Source: Pristiophorus japonicus
Taxonomy: Eukaryota
DNA length: 64,000 nt
Direction: 5' to 3'
Assembly (NCBI RefSeq): GCF_044704955.1
Contig: NC_091985.1
Location: 145,824,001-145,888,000 of the forward strand
The notes beneath the pieces are model-generated. The model was not told the DNA's origin, did no database searches, and saw only the letters and a list, made by a program, of their open reading frames with translations. Made by a program: the position numbers and the translations under genes. Below are positions 1-10,200 of this stretch, in pieces (the stretch's first letter is position 1; every line of letters begins with the position of its first letter).

Positions 1-1760
1 CACCCCCCCCGTAACCCAACCCTGTCAACCCCAGTAACCCATCCATACCCCTAGACTGCCACCCCCAGTAACCCATCCATACCCCGAGACTGCCACCCCC
101 AGTAACCCATCCATACCCCGAGACTGCCACCCCCAGTAACCCATCCATACCCCTAGACTGCCACCCCAGTAACCCATCCATCCCCCTAGACTGCCACCCC
201 CAGTAACCCTACCCTCCCACCCCGTTACCCATCCATACCCCTAGACTGCCACCCCCAGTAACCCATCCATACCCCTAGACTGCCACCCCCAGTAACCCAT
301 CCATACCCCTAGACTGCCACCCCCAGTAACCCTACCCTGCTACCCCCAATAACCCATCCATACCCCTAGACTGCCACCCCCAGTAACTCATCCATACACC
401 GAGACTGCCACCCCCAGTAACACTACCCTGCCTCCCCCAGAAACCCATCCATGCCCCTAGATTGCCATCACCAGTAAATCTACTCTACCACCCTCAGTAA
501 CGCATCCATACCCCTATCCTGCCACCCCCAGTAACTTTACCCTGCCACCCCCAGTAACCTATCCATACCCCTAGACTGCCACCTCTAGTAATCCTACCCT
601 GCCACCCCCAGTAATCCTACCCTGCCACCCCCAGTGACCCATCCATACCCCTAGATTGCCACCCCCAGTAACCCATCCATACCCCTAGACTGTCACCCCC
701 AGTAACCCATCCATACCCCTAGACTGCCACCCCCAGTAACCCATCCATACCCCTAGACTGCCACCCCAGTAACCCTACCCTGCCATCCCCAGTAACCCTA
801 CCCTGCTACCCCCAGTAACCCATCCATAACCCTAGACTGCCACCCCCAGTAACCCATCCATACCCCTAGACTACCACCCCCAGTAACCAATCCATACCCC
901 TAGACTGCCACCCCAGTAACCCTACCCTGCCATCCCCAGTAACCCTACCCTGCTACCCCCAGTAACCCATCCATACCCCTAGACTGCCACCCCCAGTAAT
1001 CCATCCATACCCCTAGACTGCCACCCCAGTAACCCTACCCTGCCATCCCCAGTAACCCTACCCTGCTACCCCCAGTAACCCATCCATACCCCTAGACTGC
1101 CACCCCCAGTAACCAATCCATACCCCTAGACTGCCACCCCAGTAACCCTAACCTGCCATCCCCAGTAACCCTACCCTGCTACCCCCAGTAACCCATCCAT
1201 ACCCCTAGACTGCCACCCCCAGTAACCAATCCATACCCCTAGACTGCCACCCCAGTAACCCTACCCTGCCACCCCCAGTAACCCATCCATACCCCTACCG
1301 CCACCCCCAGTAACCCATCCATACCCCTAGACTGCCACCCCCAGTAACCCATCCATACCTCTAGACTGCCACCCCAGTAACCCATCCATACCCCAAGACT
1401 GCCACCCCCAGTAACCCATCCATACCCCTAGACTGCCACCCCCAGTAACCCATCCATATCCCTACCTTGCCATCCCCAGTAACCCTACCCTGCTACCTCC
1501 AGTAACCCATCCATACCCCTAGACTGCCACCCCCAGTAACCCATCCATACCCCTAGACTGCCACCCCCAGTAACCCATCCATACCACTACCCTGCCACCC
1601 CCAGTAACCCATTCATACCCCTACCCTGCCACCCCCAGTAACCCACCCATATCCCTACCCTGCCACCCCCAGTAACCCATCCATACCCCTAGACTGCCAC
1701 CCCCAGTAACCCATCCATATCGCTACCCTGCCACCCCCAGTAACCCACCCACTTACCCCC
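1..1760. repeat. Minisatellite in MEMO1 intron: ~34-bp unit (acccccagtaacccatccatacccctagactgcc) mixed with a ~23-bp variant
   Basis: Directly visible tandem units, e.g. starting at 61 and 95. C-rich on +, G-rich on -. Confidence 0.95.
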
Positions 1761-1785
1761 CCAGGCCTCCATGCCCTGCCCCTAC

Positions 1786-1846
1786 CTGAGGCCGTGTACC
1801 AGCTCCCGGCGTGACTGGCCTCTCGGCAGACGGCTCGGCTGGACAT
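1786..1846 (-). CDS. MEMO1: MEMO1 first coding exon (61 nt coding); gene continues off the left edge
   Basis: MSSRAVCREASHAGSWYTASG matches the conserved MEMO1 N-terminus (CREASHAGSWY). GTAGG donor at 1785. Probable TAG acceptor at 1864-1866, 17 nt upstream of the ATG. Confidence 0.92.
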
Positions 1847-1849
1847 CTT

Positions 1850-2100
1850 GGAGCCGGAGCCTCCTATGATGGGATCGCGGCGGGTCGGCGGGGGACAGTG
1901 GGCCGCAGCCCGGACCCAGCGGCACCTGAGGGCGGTGACACTGACTCACGCAGGCCGCCAGCCGCCGGCTCTACCCTGCCAGCGAGAGCCCGAGAACAAA
2001 GCGGCAGCCGAGCCGAGCCGAGCCGTCCCTCGGAAATGGGAGCCCGGAGCCCGGCGTCAGCCGGCGTCACCACGCACGGTACGTGCCGGCCCTTTAATTC
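1850..2100. promoter_or_regulatory. CpG-rich MEMO1 promoter/5' region
   Basis: Dense CpG and high GC against a CpG-poor background. Confidence 0.7.
1950..2070 (-). other. MEMO1: Probable MEMO1 non-coding 5' UTR exon, followed by an 86-nt intron (1864-1949)
   Basis: GTGAGT donor at 1949-1944 on -, in a CpG-rich segment. Upstream boundary is approximate. Confidence 0.55.
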
Positions 2101-2342
2101 CATGGTGCATCCTGAGCCAGACTACAGCCTCTCTGGGGCAATGGTGTCACACTGGAAACATCTTGCAGCTCCAACCTCTTCCACTTCTGATCAAAGGGCA
2201 CTGACCTGAAACCTGAACTCTCTTCACAACCTGACCTCCTGAGTGCTTCCAGCAATTGCCATGTTTTCTTTAATTTTATGACATTACCTCCTGAAGGAGT
2301 TGCTGAAAAGTGCTTGCCCAAAGCATTAACCAACACTTTAAT

Positions 2343-2568
2343 TGTCAACCCTTGCCACTGGACCAAGACCTCGCTCTGTCAAGCCCGTGTGGTGGCTGGT
2401 GTGCAACGGCCACCCCACGTTAAAAAAAATCCACGTACAGGCATCTTCCACCCTTCAGCATGTAGTTTGGGACCTGGAATATCAGGTCCCTCATTGAAAC
2501 ACCTATGAACCTTTGGTGTGGAAGCAATGTCATTCTCAATACGAGGGACTGCCTAAGAAGAAGAGAAA
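2343..2568 (+). mobile_element. Short RTE-tailed retroposon with candidate 8-bp TSD (actttaat)
   Basis: Ends in gagggactgcct-aagaagaag, the tail also seen on RTE fragments near 36220 and 62230. actttaat at 2335-2342 and 2569-2576. Confidence 0.6.
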
Positions 2569-3439
2569 ACTTTAATGTATCTCACTCCACAGATACTGCC
2601 TGGCCTGCTGAGCGTTTCCAGCCTTTTAAAAAAAACTCATCTGGTATTATATTAATTGTTTTGAATATTCTTAATTATACCACATACAGGCTAATATTTC
2701 AAAGGTAAAAGAGCCTATTAATTGTACTGGTATTAAGTAATACAAATCTACCTCATAGCCCAGCCCAGAAACTCGCACATGGCTTGTCCAACCTGACTTG
2801 AAGTCTCTAGGGATTAAAAGTTAATCTCCTGGACATTGCTGGAAACTGAGAGAAAAATCACAGAGGCATACAACGTTGTTTTTTTCTCATTATCATTGAA
2901 TATTTTCATTTTATTAGTTGTAAAAATATTGGAGATTGGGGGCAAAGGGCTGTTTGACAGGGTGAGTTGATTGGTTGGCGGCGGGAGCTTATATGATCAG
3001 ACCTCCATGAATACTTCCTTCCAGCGTTGACAACCCTTGCCAAAGCAAGCTCGACCGTTGACCAGCTACGCCCAAATGACTCAGGAAAACTGCTTGGATA
3101 CAGCAATAGAAGTAATCACCAACCAATAAAACAGATGGAGCTGTGATTATTTCATAGTCGTATAAAAGAAGGACTTGCATTTATATAGCGCCTTTCACGA
3201 CCACCAGACGTCTCGAGGCGCTTTACAACAAATAAAGTACTTTTGGAGTATAGTCACTGTTGTAATACACCTCCAAACAGGAGACAGTGGTTTTTAAATA
3301 AAATGGACTGCTTATCACTCGGATACATCAACTGTTTTCTGCCTCAGGTGAAGAAAAAGGGGGAACTAAATTGATTAAATTGCTTGACTGCATTCCAATG
3401 TGTTAATTAACAGTGCAGTGAACCAGACCTTCGTCTACT

Positions 3440-3720
3440 TTACTAAGATGGCCGCAACAAAGCCTCAGGGCCACCTGCTCAGTCGCGCGATGATGACGTT
3501 CGCCGGCGCACGGATGATGACGCACTCCAGCGGAGCTCGCGTGGGAAGATGGCGTGCCGAGTCGGGAGGCCCGAGCACAGGGCGCCGCCTGAAGTGGTAA
3601 TGTCGGCCGTTTACGGTAGGGCCTGGGGTGGGAGAGATCACAGCCCGGGACCGGGGGTAGCGGGAGGGAGCTGACAGGCTCTGGGCCGGGGGAGGGTGGG
3701 AAACACCAGCAGGCCGCACG
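3440..3720 (+). promoter_or_regulatory. CpG-rich BUD23 promoter/exon 1 with YY1-type motifs and two CRE half-sites
   Basis: AAGATGGCCGC at 3445-3455, AAGATGGCG at 3546-3554, GATGATGACG at 3489-3498 and 3513-3522. Confidence 0.6.
3549..3596 (+). CDS. BUD23: BUD23 exon 1 ([16 protein letters not shown])
   Basis: ATG at 3549, GTAATG donor. Confidence 0.93.
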
Positions 3721-4237
3721 GGTTCACCCTCTTCCCCAATACCCTCCGTGTGAGGGTTCACCCCACTCAATACCCTCCGTGTGAGGGTTCACCCCCCCAA
3801 TACCCTCCGTGTGAGGGTTCACCCCACTCAATACCCTCCGTGTGAGGGCTCACCCCCCAATACCCTCCGTGTGAGGGCTCACCCCCCAATACCCTCCGTG
3901 TGAGGGTTCACCCCCCCAATACCCTCCGTGTGAGGGTTCACCCCCCCCCAATACCCTCCGTGTGAGGGCTCAGTGTGAGGGTCCCCCTCCCCCCCAATAC
4001 CCGCAGCCCATACCCTCCGTGTGAGGGCTCACCCCCCAATACCCTCCGTGTGAGGGCTCACCCCCCAATACCCTCCGTGTGAGGGCTCAGTGTGAGGGTT
4101 CCCCCCCCCTCAATACCTGCAGTGTGAGGGTTCTCTTTCCTCCCCCCCCCCAATACCCGCAGCCAATACCTGCAGTGTGAGGGCTCACCCCCCAATACCC
4201 TCCGTGTGAGGGCTCAGTGTGAGGGTTCTCCTCCTCT

Positions 4238-4269
<32 letters not shown>

Positions 4270-7200
4270 ACCCGCAGTGTGAAGGCTCAGTGTGAGGGTT
4301 CGCCCCCCTCCCCCAGTCCCCTCGGTGGATCGTAATGGACACTATTATAACAGCGGCGTACAAATGAACTGGTCAAAACCCTGGGGAGTTTTAGATGGAG
4401 TATAATTTACAACAAGGCTTTAACTCTAGGAAATGGTTAACGGTTGTTTTCTCTTCTTCAGTTTTACAGTGAAGATGAAGCAAGGAAATATACCCAGAAG
4501 TAAGTATTGTTGCTGCCTTGGTGCCTGGTTATGCGCTTTGTTGATTCTGTTAGGTGAGGTTGTGGGGTGATAAATGTGCCATTATTTAGTGTCTTTTGTA
4601 ATAAGTTTAATGGGCAGTGTGACTTCAGATGGCAATTTACTCCACTTGTTGTAATTCATCAGCAAATTTTGAAATGTTTTGCAGGATTGAACATGTTACT
4701 GAGACACAGGTCAAGCAAATCACACAGCTTAATTCCTTGTCTGCGCCGAGCTAGCTGCTTGCAGCAGATTGGTTAATGGGGTCTCCCTGTCCCCCGGTTT
4801 GGGAGGGGGAGATCAGCCAGGGTTCGTGCTTCCATCTGAGAGGTGTGGATGTGTGACACTGATTTGGCTGTGATATTCCGGCTTCCCCCGGCCAGGTGCC
4901 TTGCTGACCCTCGCTGCTACCCTTGTGTGAAAATGGAGAACTGCCAGTACCTGCCTGAGTTGGCATCTTCAGGAGGGGAGAGGATAATTCCATAAAGGGT
5001 GTGGGAGGATGCTTCCGGTACTTTGTTTTATGGAAGTGAGTGCTATGAAGTTGGACTTGGGGTATCTTGCATTTGGTAGTCTAGTGATTCTGGCACTGGA
5101 CTGTCCACTCAAGTTTACCTCCTGCCATGCCAGCTAGTAATTTGTGGGTGAATGCCTGAAAATAACTCTCAAAGCTGTCAGATTGTTGTAAAATCCCAAC
5201 TGGTTCACTGATGTCCATCAGCGAAGCAAGCCTGCCACCATCTACATGTGACTCCAGTCCCATAATTCCCTCGGAACGATGGGCGATAAAATGCTGCTTT
5301 GCTGGTGTCATCCACAGCCCCAAGAATAAATGAAAAAAAGAACTTGGTGTCATCAACTGACAGGGACAAGCCAGTTGCGTTATTAAATTGTGGTCTCTTT
5401 CCTTCACAGCTCTCGAATGATTGAAATCCAGACGCAGATGTCAGAGAGAGCTGTTGAACTACTAAGTTTACCTGAAGATCAGCCTTGCTTCCTGTTGGAC
5501 GTTGGGTAGGATTCTTCTTAAACCGTTGAAATCTCTTAGAGGATTTTCATAGAGAATTAACACTGAGGTGCAGCTGTGTAGTTCCTCTCGCGCTCTTGTT
5601 CCTTCTGCTCCACAGAGTTGCTCATTATATTTTGCCACTTCACTATCCGCGAGAAAAGGTCTTTTGTGCTGGTGGAAGATGTGATGTTTAAGAAAATGGC
5701 TGTAGCGTTTCACTGGGTGGCGGGAGGGCAGTTAAAATATTTCAATGGAACTGGGTGGTGCAGTGGGTCAGACACTGACCTTTCGCTTCTTGGAGTTGGT
5801 TTTAACTCCAGCCCAAACTGATGGGATGAAAGTTGGCTGCAAGGGTCCTATGTGATAACTGTTTGAACGGTTTCAATTGTGTTCCCAGCGGGGACGGGAC
5901 GATGGCACGAAACTGCCTCTAATCCAGCACTGATCAGCAGCAGCAGAGGCCTCAGGATGACTGATGTGGAGTAGCTGGGGAAAAAATGGCACAAAAGAGG
6001 ATGCTCTTGAATTTAGGGCAGAAGCACGCTGTTGTGGCAGTGTGAAGGCAGCTTTACTCTGCGTCTGGCTGCTCTATACCTGATCATTCAAAACTCTGCT
6101 GCTCTTGTCCTAACTCGCACCAAGTCCCGCTCACCCATTACCCCTGAGCTCGCTGACCTACATTGGCTCCTGGTTAACCAATGCCTCGATTTTAAAATTT
6201 TCATCTTTGTTTTCAAATGGCTTCGCCCCTCCCTATCTGTGTAATCTCCGAGTCCTACAGCCCTTCGCGATATCTGGGCTCCTCCAATTCAGGTCTCTTG
6301 AGCATTCCCGATTTTAATTGCTCCACCATTGGCGGCCGTGCCTTTTGAAGGGCGGTGCAAATCTTTACCCACCCCCTTCCGAATAAAAACGTGCATTTGA
6401 AAACCAGCTGTTGAAAACAAATGGTTGAATCCATTTTTAGTGTAATGTTATAAATAATCATCATCGGTTTTACATTTTTTGCCATTATATTTCTTTTTCC
6501 TGAAACATTGACTGAAGCTGTGATAATGAGCAATAATTCTCACACCAGTCTGCTGAATGCTGAAAATCTGATCATCAAACTCAGCGAGTTACATGACTGC
6601 CGCATGACTGATTCATCACTGTGTCTGAGACGTGTACTAGGGTACGTTATCTCTCGGGGGCAGTGACCTGACTGTGTTTCTGTTTGTGTTCCAGGTGTGG
6701 ATCAGGGCTCAGTGGAGATTACCTCTCTGAAGAAGGACATCACTGGGTTGGTGTGGATATCAGTGCAGCCATGCTTGGTAGGTGACCAGGCAATGTTACA
6801 CATTCCTATTGCCCACTGCCTGGCCCTCCCTGTGTCACTCTCCCATTTATATATTTTCATTCTGTCGTCGGTGTCTTGTTGGGTGCACTGAGATTACAAT
6901 TCTGCTGGCAGACTGGAAAGGCTCCGAGGAAAGTATGTCTGTACTGCTGCTGGAACAAGATAGGGTATGGTGATTTTTACTTGGAGTGCCATTGACTGCG
7001 GAAGACCAGTGCATTAGGAGTCGCCAACACTCCAGTGGTATAAAAGTCCCTGCAGTGGAGACTTAGTCCCACATGTTACCTTTCTGGGACTGTAATTGTT
7101 TAAATGTGCAACTGTTCCAAAACATAGAATTGCATGGAATTTTATAGCACCGAAGCGGGTCGTTCAGCCCAACTGGTCTATGCTGGTGTTTATGCTCCAC

Positions 7201-10200
7201 ACAAGCCTCCTCCCACCCCTCTTCATCGAACCCTATCAGCATATCCTTCTATTCCTTTCTCCTTTGTGCACTTATCGAGCTTCCCGTTACACGCATCTGT
7301 TATTCGCCTCAACCACACGTGGCAGCAAGTTCCACATTCTAACCATTCTTGAGTAAAGTAGTAAACCGTATTTACTATTGTTTGCCCCCATTGGTGAGGC
7401 TTTGCCATTTGGTGTTTCCTTAATTCAGATTGTGGGCGAGTGATGTCCCAGCGGTTCGAAACTTGTTAGCTGTGCCGAGGAGTCCTGCAACATAGTGCTG
7501 TCGGCCCCTGTGCTGTGTTGCATATTGCCCACTGGGGGGAGGAAGAGCCATGGCCGGCCTCATTTGGAGACGTCCTGCTGCCTTTTGGGTTGGTTAGTTC
7601 CATTTGGAATGGCGGGGAGACGTTCTGGCGCTGGCCTCTTTTTTTTTTATGTTTGAGGAGTCGGGTGAGGGATTGTTTCAGAGCAGGAGTTTTAAGCAGG
7701 TGAAAAGGTTCGCTGAGCACCAGTCTGGCAGAGATTAGCTGACTGCCTGCACACTGAACCCTGCTTTTTCCTCTTTAATATTTAGAAACATATGATCAGC
7801 ATTTGGGGATTTATATGATCTGTCTGTCCCAATAGGGAATCTTGGTACTTGCTTAAAACACTCTCCCTGCAGCAACATTCCACGATGCCCCTGACTCAGA
7901 TGAAGGCAGTGCTGCCCTAGCAACTGAGAGCTCTGTATGCTTCTGGGGAGCTACTGCGGATCCCAGATCAGGCTCCTTCGTAAGATCTGAAAAGGAAAAA
8001 TGAGGGTAGAAGACGCTCCAACATGATTGGTTCATCAGCAGATCTCCCTTGGCATTGCTCACAATGGATCAGAGGATGTGCTGGTAAAAGGCAATAGGGG
8101 GTTATCAGAGTGTCACCGGAAGTAAGTGATGCCAGAAATGTGTGCTACAGGCAAGAGTTTTAATATTATAGACAATGAGTTGGTCATAAAAATAGATATA
8201 AATAAACAGTTTCCATATATTTGCTTGAAAAAAAGAAGTATTAAAGTGCATGGGGAGCGACAGGAGTGTGGGATTAGACTGGGTGGGTTATTAAAGGGTA
8301 CAGGGAGTGAGGAGGAGAGTGGAGTTAGACTGGGTGGGATATTAAAGTGAGGACTGAGCAGGAGAGAGAAAGAGATTAGACTGGGTTTGATATTGATGTG
8401 TACGGGGAGTTAGAAGAGTGGGTTAAGACTGGGTGGGTTATTAAAGGGTATGGGGAGTCAGTGGGATTAGACTGGGTGGGATATTAAAGGATATGGGGAG
8501 TGAGCAGGAGAGTGGAATTAGACTGGGTGGGATATTAAAGGGTATGGGGAATGAGCGGGTGGCTTGTGGAGAATGACACATGCACATATTTGATGGGCCG
8601 AATGGCTTGTTTCTGTGCTTAAGAACATAAGAACATAAGAATTAGGAACAGGAGTAGGCCATCTAGCCCCTCGAGCCTGCACCGCCATTCAATAAGATCA
8701 TGGCTGATCTGGTCGTGGACTCAGTTCCACTTACCCGCCCTCTCCCCGTAACCCTTAATTCCCATTATTGGTTAAAAATCTATCTATCTTTGACTTGAAA
8801 ACATTCAATCAGCTAGTCTCAACTGCTTCCTTGGGCAGAGAATTCCACAGATTCACAACCCTCTGGGAGAAGAAATTCTTTCTCAACTCGGTTTTAAATT
8901 GGCTCCTCCGTATTTTGAGGCTGTGCCCCCTAGTTCTAGTCTCCCCTACCAATGGAAACAACCTCTCTGCCTCTATCTTGTCTATCCTTTTCATGATTTT
9001 AAATGTTTCTATACGATCACCCCTCATCCTTCTGAACTCCAAGGAGTAATGACCCAGTCTACTCAATCTATCATCATAAGGTAACCCCCTCATTTCTGGA
9101 ATCAGCCTAGTGAATCGTCTCTGTATCCCTTCCAAAGCTAGTATATCCTTCCTTAAGTAAGGTGACCAAAACTGCACGCAGTACTCCAGGTGCGGCCTTA
9201 CCAATACCCTATACAGTTGCAGCAAGACCTCCCTGCTTTTGTACTCTATCCCTCTCGCAATGAAGGCCAACATTCCATTTGCCTTCCTGATTACCTGCTG
9301 CACCTGCAAACTAACCTTTTTGGGATTCATGCACAAGGACCATCAGCCGGTCCAGGCAGCAGGGGGTCGTTCAACCTGACTGCCTGCCTCTCTTCCGCGC
9401 GTACATCCGCGCCAGGGTGTCCTTGGAGATGGAGCACGCGGTGTCCACCGGTAAGCTCGTGGCCTTCCACGAGAGGTGGGCACCGGAGGGACTGGAGTGC
9501 ATCGTCACGCCCGGCAACCAAATTTTAATTTGATTTTATGTTTTAAAGTTTCATTTGTTTTAATTGCCGGTGCTTTTAGTGTCCCCCTCCCCTTTTATAG
9601 GGGGCACTTGGAAAAAAAATTCGATTCTGTGCCCAAAAAAAAAAATGGCATTGTAAATGTTGGTGTTTCCCCCAGATCGGGGGGCACGGTTTAATGTTTT
9701 TCTGTTAACTCCTAAAAGAGTTTCATGCACAAGGACCCCCAGGTCTCTCTGCACCACAGCATGTTGTAATTTCTCCCCATTCAAATAATATTCCCTTTTA
9801 CTGTTTTTTTTCCCCAAGGTGGATGACCTCACACTTTCCAACATTGTATTCCATCTGCCAAACCTTAGTCCATTCGCTTAACCTATCCAAATCTCCTTGC
9901 AGCCTCTCTGAGTCCTCTACACAACCCGCTTTCCCACTAATCTTAGTGTCATCTGTAAATTTTGTTGCACTAAACTCTGTCCCCTCTTCTAGGTCGTCTA
10001 TGTATATTGTAAACAGTTGTGGTCCCAGCACTGGCACACCACTAACCACTGATTTCCAACTGGAAAAGGACCCATTTATCCCGACTCTCTGCTTTCTGTT
10101 AGCCAGCCAATTCTCTATCCATGCTAATACATTTCCTTTGACTCCGCGTACCTTTATCTTCTGCAGTAACCTTTTGTGTGGCACCTTATCGAATGCCTTT

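Noticed and set aside
1811-2209. Plus-strand ORFs of 132 and 118 aa
   Set aside because: GC-rich antisense frames over the MEMO1 5' region with no recognisable homology.
3721-4320. CRISPR-like array or iron-responsive elements
   Set aside because: No unique spacers and no cas genes, in a eukaryotic intron. The CAGTGT variants lack the IRE 5-bp upper stem and C bulge.
6518-6600. Possible C/D snoRNA (GTGATAA...CTGA)
   Set aside because: Non-consensus C box, no terminal stem and no recognisable guide.
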